Assembly (NCBI RefSeq): GCF_006345805.1
Contig: NC_043001.1
Location: 100,378,001 to 100,442,000 of the forward strand
Length of the DNA: 64,000 nucleotides
Direction of reading: 5' to 3'
Source: Octopus sinensis
Lineage: Eukaryota
Shown here: positions 1 through 13,096 of the stretch, piece after piece
Numbering within the stretch: the first letter of the stretch is position 1
Layout of the letters: each line of letters starts with the position of its first letter
Notes under the pieces: generated by a model
Told to the model about the DNA's origin: nothing
Databases searched by the model: none
Seen by the model: only the letters and a program-made list of their open reading frames with translations
Program-made: the position numbers and the translations under genes

Positions 1-324
1 TGGCCACAGCCTCAAGGCTGAAACATATGAAAGAATAAAAGAATAGAATTTTAGTTAAAAGGAAATATTTCTCTAGCACATTCTTCTTTGTTGAAAATGT
101 ACTCCTTTGCACTTGCTTTGTAAGATATAAGAATGAATTAATTGGTGTTTTGGGAAGAACTGCATTTAGATTGGTATATTAAGGACAGAAGCAGTGTTAA
201 TATCAAATGGCAATCTTGATGTCTTACTTAATAGGATTAAATTACTAGAACACTGAATACTGAGGTATTTATCTCAAGAGATTCTCTTATAGATGTATGG
301 TGCTAGGAGTGCACACATATCTCA

Positions 325-882
325 TAGCACATGAGAACTGTGTGGAACGGGTGCCAGAACTGGCAGATCAAGTGATTTCAGCATAGTGCAGTCTCTGAAT
401 GGCCAGTGTCTGGTTGCCACATACCAGCCAAATCTCATTGCCAATGATATAGAGAATAACAGTGATTTTTCAGTCAGAGATGTTGCAAATATCCAGCAGG
501 TTTATTACAAAATATATATTAGCAACGGAAGCAGTACAAAATGGCAATCTTTATATCGTACTAAATGTGAAGGCATTATTAGAATGCTAAATGCTGCGGT
601 ATTCACCTTGTGAGGTCCTCTCATGTAGACTTACAGTGCTAAGAGCACAGACATGTAGCAGACGAGCGCAATCTGGTGTGGTGCCTGGAACTGTCAGATC
701 TCCTGATTTCATTCTATGCATTCTATATATGTGTGTATATGTGTGTGTATTGTATATATCATTGGCAGTGAGATTTGGCTTGTATGTGGCAACCAGACAT
801 CTGTTACTGACGAAATGCAGTACACTGAAACCATGTGATCTGACACCTCTGGCACTCATGCCACATGGTTATCATCTGCTAC
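325..882. mobile_element. Fold-back / MITE-like element with ~125 bp inverted arms (about 325-452 and 755-882)
   Basis: 351-452 (gtgccagaactggcagatca...ctcattgccaatgatatag) is the reverse complement, with scattered mismatches, of 755-855 (atatatcattggcagtgagatttggc...gatctgacacctctggcac). No TSD seen. Confidence 0.75.
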
Positions 883-887
883 AATAA

Positions 888-1213
888 ATGGCTCAGTGGT
901 TAGAACGTTGAGCTTACAATTATGGGGTTGTGAGTTCGAATCCCAGACTGGGTTGCATGTTGGGTTCTTAAGCAAGGCACTTTATTTCACGTTGCTACAG
1001 TTCACTAAGCTGTAGAAATGAGTTGCAACATCACTGGTGCCAAGCGGTATAGGCCTTTGCCTTTCCCTTGGATAACACTGGTGGCATGGAGAAGGGAGGC
1101 TGGTATGTATGGGCAATTGCTGGTCTTCCATAAACAACCTTGCCCGGACTTGTGCCTGGGAAGGTAACTTTCTAGGGGCAATCTCATGGTCAGTCATGAT
1201 TAAAGGGAGTCTC
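888..1213 (+). mobile_element. tRNA-derived SINE with conserved-type central domain
   Basis: A box TGGCTCAGTGG and B box AGTTCGAATCC, followed by gcaaggcactttatttcac...cagttcactaagctgtagaaatgag. A partial minus-strand relative lies near 25040-25140. Confidence 0.75.
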
Positions 1214-1474
1214 AGCAGCTCTTAGCACTGTATGTCTATATAAGACAGCCGTTCAAGGTGAATACTCTGTACGTTCGGTGTTCTAATATGACTTCTACAT
1301 TAAGTAGAAAATAAAGATGGCAAGTTAATCAATGGTTGACATTCCATGAGTCCTGACTACATGCTACAAAAACTCTAAGACTGGACTGTTTATTCTTTAC
1401 TGGAATTTTCTTTATTGTGTTTTGATGTTACTACATCAAGTTTACTTTAACCTTATCCAAAATTATAACTAAGT

Positions 1475-1685
1475 GTAGGGGTCACTGTGTGGTAAGAAGC
1501 TTGCCTCCCAACTACGCGGTTCTGGGTTCAGTCCCATTGTGTGAAACCTTGAATAAGTGTCTTCTATGATAGCCTTGGGCCAAGCAAAGGATTGTGACTG
1601 GGATTTGGTAGACAGAAAGTGAAAGAAGCTAATAATGTGTGTGTTTGCATGTGTGTATATGTGTGTGTGTATGTGTGTGTGTGTG

Positions 1686-1733
<48 letters not shown>

Positions 1734-1950
1734 ATGCATATATCTTTATGTTTTTTGTTTGTCCTCCACTACCGCTTAACAACCAGTGTTGGTGTGTTTA
1801 CATCCCAGTAACTTAGCAGATCAGTAAAAGAGACTGATAGAATAAATACCAGGCTTTACAAAGAGATAAAAAGTGATTTGTTCAACTAAAATTCTTCAAG
1901 GCACTGCCCCAATATGGCCACAATCTAGTGACTGAAAGAAGTAAAAAGGT
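1475..1950 (+). mobile_element. SINE family S1 (octopus OK/OR-type; exact family not verified) with internal (GT)n
   Basis: Matches the copies at 27228-27615, 34190-34615, 39120-39510 and 62668-63085: gtgtggtaagaagcttg...gggttcagtccc head, central microsatellite and gactgaaacaagtaaaa tail. Confidence 0.85.
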
Positions 1951-2384
1951 AAGATTTTGGTAGTGTAAGACTTCGGTTATTATGCCAGAGTTGTTAGAAT
2001 CTTTGTTGGCATTATATGAAGACAAGAGTAGCAAAGAATATTCCAAGTCCAATATTACTGAGTTGTCACCTGATATTTCAGAAAAAATATTTTTATGACA
2101 AATACACTTAAATCAATATTTGTTTCTGGTTATGAAATGCAGTGTTGGCTTTGTTAGATTTATATTCAATATTTTGATGTGACAAAATACATTTAAAAAC
2201 AAAAAAAACAAAAAAAACTGATTCAGTCAGAAGAGAGGATGCAATGTCCATGATGTTTCTATGATCTTCCAGACTGGTGAAATTGATGTGCTTGTTGTTT
2301 AGTCTGAACATCTATGGGGTCAATGTGTTGAAAGGGATCTTGTTGCTTGCGATGGTGAACTCTACTCAGGCATCCAAGGATCAG

Positions 2385-2620
2385 GTGATGGAGCTGGCAG
2401 ACACGTTAGCATGCCGGGCGAAATGCGTAGCCGTATTTCATCTGCTGTTACATTCTGAGTTCAAATTCCGCCGAGGTCGACTTTGCCTTTCATCATTTCG
2501 GGGTCGATAAATTAAGTACCAGTTATGCATTGGGGTTGATGTAATCGACTTAATCCGTTTGTCTGTTCTTGTTTGTCCCCTCTGTGTGTAGCCCCTTGTG
2601 GGTAGTAAAGAAATAGGTAT
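2385..2620 (+). mobile_element. SINE family S2
   Basis: gagctggcag...ttctgagttcaaattccgccgaggtcgactttgcctttcatc...ttgtgggtagtaaagaaataggtat; more than 10 related copies in the window. Confidence 0.9.
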
Positions 2621-5600
2621 TAGATTAGGAAATGGGTTAGCGCCACCAACCGGATTATGCAAATGTGTGGTCTTTTGTATTTAGGCATCTCTAAGTTGAT
2701 TTATAAAAAATGAATTTATAAAATGTTTTCTTCATTACTGCATGACAATAGTTTTAGAATTTCAATTTACATATGTATTTTTGGTCAAACGAATGACATC
2801 AACTTTTGTGCCCTGGCAATAGCATATTGATTCAAGTGTGTTCATGAAGATAATTAGAAGATAATACTGCAAAGAAGTGCATATTGTAAAGCCATTAATA
2901 ATTAATTCTCTGGAGGCTCTAATTTTACAGTCTCTTGGTACAGTAAATTATCACAAGTGCTGTAAATTCATGGAAGAGGCAAATTCGATCAGTCATGAAG
3001 CAGTTAACATGTATCACATGCAACAAAGTCAACAGAACAAGTTAAAATATGCAAGCATTTCCATGACAACATGGCAGGTGTGGGGTTCTACACAGCTGCT
3101 TGACTTGCTAGAAATAGCTGTTGACATATCATTTAAATCACACCCTACTGTCAAAAATGGGATGATTTGGCAGAAATGCCTTTCAGAGTGAGTGAAATAA
3201 CAACATGTGACGACCTTTTGATTTATTCTTTGCCACTTTTGTGCTTTTCTATTCTAAAAGTATTTTAAAACATGGTCCATGAGGGTTGAGTGGTAAGAGA
3301 GGAGGAGGGGGGCAACAGGAAGAGTAAGTGATGGAAGTCAATAACATATGACCAGAGAAGAGGGAATGAGGATTGAGGGTGGAGAAAGGTTGATAGTAGG
3401 ATGTAATTGGAGAGTAGGTGAGCGGTGGGGGTGGATGATTGTACGATATGATAGACACACACACACACACATGTATGTACACCCAAATATATATATACAT
3501 ATATATATATATGTATGCACATTAATATATACACAAACAGACCTACTCTTTCTCTCTCTCTCTACACACACACATAATATAGACAAGTATTCATATAAAC
3601 ACGTTACTTATGTATAGAGTAATTTTATAATATTTTTAATGTTTCCATTATTTCTGAACAAAGAACGCATCCGTGTTAGGTGTGTGCATTATATTGGAAT
3701 ACAAACCATTTGACAAGAAACGTATTTTCAACATTGTAAGCCAAGTGACTGGCATCGCTGTAATGTCTGTCGTAGGTTTTCAAATAGGGAAAAATATTCT
3801 GGATATCATCCAAAGGAAACTTCAGATGTAATCATGTTGGGATGCCGATCTAAATAGTTTGCTTTTCATACCCCTGTTAATGGCCAAAAATGCCAGCAGA
3901 CTCCTAAGTGAGGAGAACAGGCATGATGCCAAGTTGTAATTTAGTGCTACCGGTCTGTCTTGCATCTGGTTGTGAAGTGAAGCTGAAAAATACAGCTTTC
4001 TGAGACATCGGTTTAAGATTTACACTTTAGAATTCAATTGGCACTCACTTGATAACAAGTAAGTCAATCACTTGGCCTTCTAGTCACGACATTTCTTGCA
4101 GTGATTCAATCCAATTTTCTTCAACAAAAAGAAAGAAAATAAAAGATAAAGAAGGAATGAATTTTCTTTTAAAGGTTGACTCTTTGGAAACTTTCACTTG
4201 TTTTCTAGTGTTCTTCAAAATAGAAAAAGTAATTTGTGTCTTGCCATATCTTTCTAACATATTAGGGGTTCTAACAATAAACAATACATTTGAAGATCAT
4301 GCCAGGTAGACTAGCATTATAAGACGTATTTCCATGTTTAGAACCTGTCGACATATTGATATCATTAAACATGGTTAACAAACAGCAAAGTTAAAGAATG
4401 TCATCAATTGTGAGGTGTGGGATTATCCCACAGGCAGGAACCTTGTTGCTTACTACTCTGATTAATAGGAGACGTGTGTGCAAACACTAAAATCAGTACA
4501 AAAAATAAGCACTAATGCCAGGGATTTTGTGTTCCAAAATTGGAAGTCCTACAGGGTGTTCCAAAATCACTGATATTGCTCTGATTTTCTTCATAAATGA
4601 AAACCTTACAACCAAGCTTGAACAATTCTTGATACCAATGTATTTGGGACAATTTAACAATTCACTTTTGTGTAACCATTCAAATACAAACGTTGGTGTA
4701 AATCATGATATATATAGCATGTCTTGTTCAAAGATTAGTTTTCCATTTTGGACACAGAAAATAATTCATCTTCCACCCCTTCCACAACAAACCCTCCACA
4801 GAACTCAGGTAAGATCTACAGTGAAGCATTACTCCTATGTCTAAAATACCTGTCATTGCTTCATTCACAAACAACCAAGATTATATCCAAAAAGTGGTCA
4901 GTCAATTGATTAGGAAAACAATCACTCAGTAACAACACTTCAACTTCTAGATTATGTCTCCTCTTTCTGTATTTGCAATGAGAGATCTCTGCATCTTGGA
5001 ACTGCTTGGTCTCATGCCTCTTCTACTTTGCTAGCCCATTTTTTTCTCTCGCCCCATCTCCTTTTGTATTTTATATTCATAATACTCTTACCTTATATTA
5101 TGGTACTTTCCTCAAACTTTCCTCCCAAGACTGTCAGCTTTTTGAAATTCTCTCTTTGCACACATTTTCCCTGCAATTGTGACTTGCACCTGTTTGAAAA
5201 AGAATGCCAGTGTTAAAGGTCTTGGAGGATAAGTAAAGGCTGTGAACACAGGACATGCTTTCATTTCAAGTTGATAAAACAACAAAAATCATTTCAAGCC
5301 ATTTTGTAGAAAAGGCACATAGTTTTTCACATTTACATAAATATTTAAGAATGAATCAGTTAGGGATATCTTAAATAATGGTTTTTGGTTTATACTTAAC
5401 AAGAAAATTATGAGATCAAGCAGAGCAAAGTTGCTTAGAATGAGAAAATATACCAAAGAGGAATGCTGCCCGTAATTTCAAGACATCTTAAGATTAGTGG
5501 TTAATACTACTTTAGCAAGAGTAGAATGGTAATCAGCAGAGTTCTTAACTGCCAGTCATTAAGATGCTGTTTCGTAAGCGTAGAAGCAAGTTATATAGTC

Positions 5601-6036
5601 TAAATATTCCTAAGTGGATAAAGAAATGGAAACATAGGCAAGAAATAAAAAAAAATCATCAAAAGTTTCCTAAATAATTTCACTGGAATGATGTCCAACC
5701 CATGCTAGCATGGAAAGTGGATGTTAAATGATGATGATGATGATCGAAGAAAAGAATTTGCACTTTTCTTTTACTTTTCCAATGAATTTTTCCGTTAATC
5801 TCTCTCCTACTTTTGCTGTAGCTGTAGATGCACTCCTCACTGATGTAAACCAATGTAACCGTTGCCAGTATTGCATTGTGGTCATCATCCACATCAGAAA
5901 CAGATGTACCTCCCACATGGCATGTGAGGCAGAATCTATAATGTTTAAATGTTGATAGTCTTCACACCCATTTTTTGGTAATAACTTGCACCACATGATA
6001 GAAGGACCTAGAATTGAGCCACTGACTAATATTAGT

Positions 6037-6246
6037 TTCAAATTTTGGCTCAAGGTCAGCCAATTCGGGGAAATGGGTAAAGTCAATTACATCAACATCA
6101 CATGGCATTTGTTTTATGAACCCTGAAAGGATTAAAGGCAAAGTTGACTGTGGTAGAATTTGAACTCACAACGTAAGGCTGGACAGACAAAATGTCATCA
6201 AACATTTTCCCCATCATGCTAATGATTCTGCCAGCTCACTGCCTTA
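6037..6246 (-). mobile_element. SINE family S2, diverged copy
   Basis: aaaggcaaagttgactgtggtagaatttgaactca...ctgccagctcac is the reverse complement of the S2 head. Confidence 0.75.
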
Positions 6247-6699
6247 ATTTGTCTGCTTATATCCAGGGTACAAGGAATGGTGAGAGACTTGATGCTCTAC
6301 AAAGAATGAACAAATTTGTTTTGCTCTAATTTCACTGCAGTTTCGGCAGCTGTAAAGAAAGTAATCCTGCCAAGAAAAGATATTAGGGAAAGAGATGCAA
6401 TCGAAATTGGTAGCAGATAATCAGTGTGACATAGAGATTGGTATTTCGATTAGGTATTGGTGCCAACTTCAATAGAACACTGAAATTGGTGTCTTCTTCT
6501 CTGCACAGTTGTAGCAAATGTCCATTACCTGATAAGTTCTTCAAGCCTGATTCTTAAGGTGTCTACAAAATTAGATTCTTTGCAAAATGTCTTTTGCTCT
6601 TTCAATGATGCTTCTCAGCGTTAGCTTTGTCTTTTGGTAAAAAAAAGATTTACAAATAATCAAAAATGTATATTGGTAACAAAGTGAAGCAATTCAAAT

Positions 6700-7590
<891 letters not shown>

Positions 7591-7811
7591 ATTACAGAAA
7601 GACTGGCCTAATACTGTATGTGGGGCAGAGGTGTTGTTGAGGGTGTTGAGAGTCATCATCAGCACCTATAAGCATGATATGTAAAGAAGATATATTTATA
7701 TGGATGTATATGTGTGTGTGTCTGTGTGTGTGTCTGTGTGTATGTACGCATGCTAGTATATATATATATATTAGACACAGCAAAATATGCATGCATACAT
7801 ATATATGTATG

Positions 7812-7858
<47 letters not shown>

Positions 7859-8221
7859 TGTGTGTGCACATAAACCTGTGTAGTAGAAATACAGATGTAT
7901 CAAATTCAGTTATTTCTCTGTGGATTGCAAAAATGGTAAAATGACCATTATCGATTTTTGACCCTTATTGGGTTCTCATCAGAGGTGTTGTCTCTGTCCC
8001 TTGATGTATCCCAGAGAAGCAAGGAGTTGATCTATTTATATACACAACAAATCCTGTACAGATATGAGGAAGGGAAAGAGTGAGCAAGAAAGTGAGAGAG
8101 AGAGAGAGAGAGAGGTAGAGAGAGACTTACAGAGGCAGTTGGTAAAGGAAAGCAGATAGAAAGAAAAATATCGATATATTGATAAGCAGGTAGATTGATA
8201 CATATATAGTTGGATAAAAGG

Positions 8222-8250
8222 ATAGATAGATAGATAGATGGATAGATGGG

Positions 8251-8335
<85 letters not shown>

Positions 8336-8338
8336 GGG

Positions 8339-8373
<35 letters not shown>

Positions 8374-8489
8374 GCAGATAGATAGATAGATAGATAGATA
8401 GATCGATGGCTGGTTGGATGGATGGATAGATAGATAGATAGATAGATCGATGGCTGGTTGGATGGATGGATAGATAGATAGATAGATAT

Positions 8490-8532
<43 letters not shown>

Positions 8533-8552
8533 TATAGATAGATAGGTAGATA
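8222..8552. repeat. (GATA)n microsatellite with a duplicated 44-bp interruption
   Basis: Direct reading; tcgatggctggttggatggatgg occurs at 8403 and 8447. Confidence 0.97.
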
Positions 8553-10803
8553 GAAAGCATGAGTGAGAATGGCAAGGATGAAGGAGCATAAATGGGAGAA
8601 AGGAAAATGATGGCGAGTAAGAGAGAAAGTAAGAGACAAAGCAATTCTTTATCCTTTTAATCCTAAGAATATTAATACAGGAGTTTTATTTCTTAAATAA
8701 CAGCAGGATTTCCTGTTCGTTTCCGTTCTTTCTTGACTGTTCTTGTGAAGAATATGAAGAAATCTGAGATTGTTGTGTCTTAGGAGGATTTAAATCCTCA
8801 CCATGAATACATAATGATTTTCTATTTTGCTCCAGGTAAGAAATTTATAGTTTTCTACTAATAGAGAAATAAATCTGACAGAAGCAGCAGCAGCAGCAGT
8901 AGCAGCATTAGCAGCAACAACAACAATATTAAGGTTAAGAACGAGCTGACAACAAAGGCAACAATGGTAACATTAGTGACAAGAAGAAGAACAAAAGGAG
9001 AAATATTAACAGTGACTTACAGAAACAACAACAACAACAACAACAAGTGCATAAAATGCAGGAAGAAGAATGACAACAATAAGGTAGTGAGATGAGATGT
9101 ATGAGGAAGAGCAATAAGAAGAACAATAACAGTGCCATCACCACCTGTAGCAGCAAGAAGGAAAACAGGAGCCAGCAAGGGTGGGGGGTATGCAGTCAAA
9201 CAAGCTGCTAGAAATAGCAACCAAATACCCTCAAATTACACGTTACTATCTTAATAAGTAAGGAAGCGACAAACTGAAGAATGTTGTCATACCCTAAAAA
9301 GAAGGGAATGTCATGGATGGAATAACTTTGTCGATAGGTTTGATCAGTTGAATATGACCCGTGGGCCAAACAAAAAGCGTAACAACAATAATAATAATGA
9401 TAGCAGCAGCAACAACAACAACTGCAACAGCAACAGTGATAAATGAAAATTAATAACAGAAAATGCAACAATTCAACAATAAAGTAAACGATGAGAACGA
9501 GAGGAATGTGAAGTGTAATGATTAAACAACAACAACAACAAGAATAGGAACGAAGGCAGGAAAGTAAGAAAGAGAAGAAGAAGAAGCATCCCTATTATTT
9601 TGCATTAATGCCTGTCCTGAAGCAAGCATGTAAGTTGAACTTGTTTTTATTATTCCTCTTCAGCAGCCAACAATAGCCACAACGTCAAGCAGTAACAACA
9701 ATATTTACGACTTCATACTTTGTTTAGAAGCAAAACAAATCAAAATAACAAACATTTAAACACACAAACAGAACAAAATACAAAAGAAAAGTAAATAGAG
9801 TCGAGAGTAATCTAGCAGACATTGAAAAGAAACCTTTGCTTGGAATGGAATTGGTAAGAGTCTGTTTAATAGTTTATTGGTGTTAGTGAACACTTAAAAG
9901 TTGTTGAATAATTGGTTTTCATTTAAGCTGAGTAAAGTACATAAAGAAAAACAAATTGTAGATATAATATTAAGTCGAGCTTTGTGGACATTGTAAATCA
10001 TGATTGGCTACGGTGATAGTATGCTTGCAGCCGGATGAATGGATCAATGGTTCATTCCATATCAGAGGCTGGTTATTGTGTTCCTGGAGGAGAAATAGAT
10101 AAATTAATGGAATGGTGTTCACAAGGATGTAGCCATCAGGTAGAGAATTAAGAAGTTAAAAACCTGCTACAAGATAGCAAGAATTCGGAATCACCTCTGG
10201 TTTCCATAACCGTGAATTGCTGATTTTTGCCTTTTATCTTTTACTTGTTTCAGTCATTAGACTGCAACTTCTTATTCCAGTGCCATTTCTCAAAGAATTT
10301 GGGTATCTACCCATGTACCAATCAGTTTAGTTCCACTAAGTATTCAGTCTGCCCTCATACTGTTTCCTGTTGTGTATTTGTTGATTGATAGAAGAAACTG
10401 TTCACTCAAGTGTTATCGGAACTCTAAATATGAATGAGATTGCAGTGAGTGGCTTTGATATTCTGTCAGGTCCCCCACCACACCAAGTAAGACGCTTCAC
10501 TGCTGTCAACATTAGCATTACTTGAATTAAATGTTTCATTAGCTTGCAAAGCTGAGCTCAGTTCGTTTTGATTGATTTAGGTTTTACAGTTCTATATTTA
10601 AGAGACGAGAAATTATTTACATTATTTACATTATTTACATTTGACGGATATTTGTCCTCATCTTGTTTGTTGTTAACACAACATTTTGGCTGATATACCC
10701 TCCAGCCTCCATCAGGTGTCTTGGGGAAATTTCGAACTGGGTTCTCATTCCTAAAGTATTTTTCGATGCTGTTGTTGTTGTTATTATTATTATTATTATT
10801 ATT

Positions 10804-11127
10804 GAGTGAGAGAGCAGTGCATGCCATGAAAGTGACACTTGGGTAAAATATACGAAGCCCAGTATACCCATCATGACTACCCGTCTGATAAGGGTACACT
10901 AGGCACATGTATCACAACCATATGTGCACGACATGATGATCTCATATCAAGATAAACAGCGTATGACCTTGCAGGTGGGGCTCAGAATTGTCTTCAGGTT
11001 GAGTAACCCATCCTGCTCAAAAGGTCCCTGAATAAGGATTGCTTCAGGATGTTGAATGAACCACCCATGTTTCCAGAGGTGAATTATCCAAACCTCTAAG
11101 AATCCCTCTCAACACATGGCTATGATG
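10804..11127 (-). mobile_element. 3' UTR fragment of R4/Dong-like non-LTR retrotransposon nested in the (AAT)n linker of composite 1
   Basis: Same sequence as 19737-20150 and as 40060-40471, which follows R4/Dong-like coding remnants; flanked on both sides by (ATT)n. Confidence 0.75.
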
Positions 11128-11180
<53 letters not shown>

Positions 11181-11365
11181 CATTATTATTATTCAGGTCA
11201 TTGCTGGGAATCCAACTCAGAATCTTGGTGTTAGTAGCCTGCACTCTTAACCACTACACCATATGTCCATGGGTATATGGCAGTGACCTGAATAATAATA
11301 ATAATAATAACAACAACATCAAAAAATACCTTAGGAATGAGAACCCAGGTTCGAAATTTCCCCAA

Positions 11366-11411
11366 GACACCTGATGAAGGTTGGCGGGTATATCAGCCGA
11401 AACGTTGTGTT
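11366..11411 (+). ncRNA. Minimal type I hammerhead ribozyme motif (family A), core intact
   Basis: GACAC-CTGATGA-A-GGTTG(gcgggtatat)CAGCC-GAAAC-GTT-GTGTT. Stem I is GACAC/GTGTT, stem II is 5 bp, and stem III is the loopless palindrome AACGTT. Predicted cleavage is after GUU at 11406. Confidence 0.75.
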
Positions 11412-11656
11412 AACAACAAACAAGATGAGGACAAATATCCATGAAATGTAAATAATGATTTAGGTTTTGTTAGATTTCTTAGCAACATAGTCACCAGTTC
11501 AGTTTTGTCACCAGAGAGAATAAATGAGATGATATGATTAAAATTGTCATCATTTAATCTGTAGAGAGAGCAGATCCTTGGGGAAATGATTTGCAGATGA
11601 AAGATGTCAGACTATTATTGAAAGGATCCTTGATCTTCAGATAGAAAGAGTTCAAT

Positions 11657-11952
11657 CCTGCTGGTTGACGAATCCCAGACCAGTTGGTGGAAATGTTCTA
11701 AGCTGTAACAGCAAGATTACATATAACTGTGCTTTGTTGTATGAGAAAGGTTTCAAAGATGAACCCAGTGACACTTCAACATTATTCCAAGTTGCAACTT
11801 CCACTGTAACATAAGATTCCTTGTCTCCAGAGTGTTTCCAAGAATTGTCACTGGGTTCAGCTTAGAAATCTTTCTGATACAACAAAACAGAGTTATATGT
11901 AATCAGCTCAGAACATTTCCACCAACTGCTCTGGAGTCTTTCAACCAGCAGG
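11657..11952. mobile_element. Palindromic MITE-like hairpin (~115 bp arms)
   Basis: cctgctggttga...cagttggtggaaatgttct...aacccagtgaca (11657-11773) pairs with tgtcactgggtt...agaacatttccaccaactg...tcaaccagcagg (11846-11952). Confidence 0.8.
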
Positions 11953-12838
11953 TTTTGCATTAATCAAACTGAATAAAATTAACAACAATGTAAAGAAAGT
12001 TAAGGAGAGCTGCTTCCCAGCTTGAGTGAGTCTGTCTATTTAGAAACTACATGTTAAAGGGTGCCAGAGAATCCTAAGAATTTCTAATGAACTGAAATGG
12101 ACAGGTTTTTTTCTACCAACCTTTTCAAAGCCATTATTTAGTCAAGGTACATTTTTACCTTTGTTTGAAACTGAAGATGTAATTGAAACTTTTATCTTTT
12201 TTCGTTTTTTTTTTTTTGCAACAAAGCATGGAAGACTTATGTCTGGCAGAACCCATCAACCTCTACAGGCTAATGATTTGAGTAAATGAAGTGAAATGAT
12301 TCAACTTGAAATTCACTCTACATCATAAACATGGCTTCTCAAAAACCTACATTTGCTGCACTTGTTCTTCTGCCAGTGTATTTTGCAGGAAAATAAACTA
12401 CTTTTCTTATTACTGTTGAGTAATCAATTCCTAAGAAGAGATTTCAATTTGAGAATGTGTCCTTCAAAGATCTATGCATATTCATCTATAACAAACATGA
12501 AGCTTATTTTGAATCCCACTCAACAAGATTGGAGTGTAATGGAGTTTGTTTCCATTATCAGATCTTCATTGGTGAACTCTCAGTCCATTACATGTTTTGT
12601 TACTCAAACCTAAATAGTGTAGCTTAGTGAAATATAGATCGGTTACACAATAATTTGCTATTTGAATTTTGGGGGTACAAGTTATTAAGTGGATAATTGA
12701 CATGAAAAATGGTAAGATGCATGCGATAGGCCTAAGAGAAGAAGAGTTGTATGCAAATTAATTTAAGATAAAGGAGAAACAAATGTTTTGGCTGTGATCC
12801 ATGAGTTGAAGGCATTAGGATAAACCTAATGAAATAAT

Positions 12839-13096
12839 TTCGGTTTGGAAGATTCTTTATGTGAGTTCCTGTGTTGAAGCATATTCTGTTATGTCTGGGG
12901 AGAGTCATTCTCTTTTAGTGCCTTATTATTTAACACACTCACCAGTAAAGTTTCCACTCATTTACTTATTTATTTTTCCTAAAATTTTCGTTGTATCTTG
13001 CAACCTTTTCAATAGTCATTGATTCTGTCCATTATCCTGTTGAGTGTTTTAAATAATAAGACACTAAAAGTGAATGACTCTCCCCAGACACAACAC
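12839..13096. mobile_element. Family B asymmetric fold-back element, 11-bp TSD
   Basis: AATGAAATAAT at 12828-12838 and 13097-13107. A ~55 bp segment near 12888-12942 is repeated inverted near 13042-13096. The body matches 16577-16770 and 18290-18465. Confidence 0.8.
12978..13017 (-). ncRNA. Candidate minimal hammerhead motif with U3-A8 covariant core (family B)
   Basis: Minus strand reads GACTA-TTGAAAA-G-GTTG(caagata)CAAC-GAAA-ATTT-TAGG, the same layout as the family A motif, with palindromic stem III AAATTT. Confidence 0.5.

Larger units (their letters stand above)
10586..11455. mobile_element. Family A composite 1: inverted pair of tRNA-head/(AAT)n/hammerhead SINE units, 13-bp TSD
   Basis: TGATTTAGGTTTT at 10573-10585 and 11456-11468. 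The minus arm has a full 3' end and a full tRNA-like head (11194-11268). The plus arm has an internally deleted head and a truncated tail. Confidence 0.85.

Noticed and set aside
3650-4330. Possible piggyBac-like or other transposase relic
   Set aside because: Only vague Cys/His and FRIQLA-like fragments across many stops; not supportable by eye.
8032-8644. Long ORFs of 170-200 aa (also near 16675, 17892, 27799, 45864, 58952 and 61003)
   Set aside because: They are translations of microsatellites or polypurine tracts.
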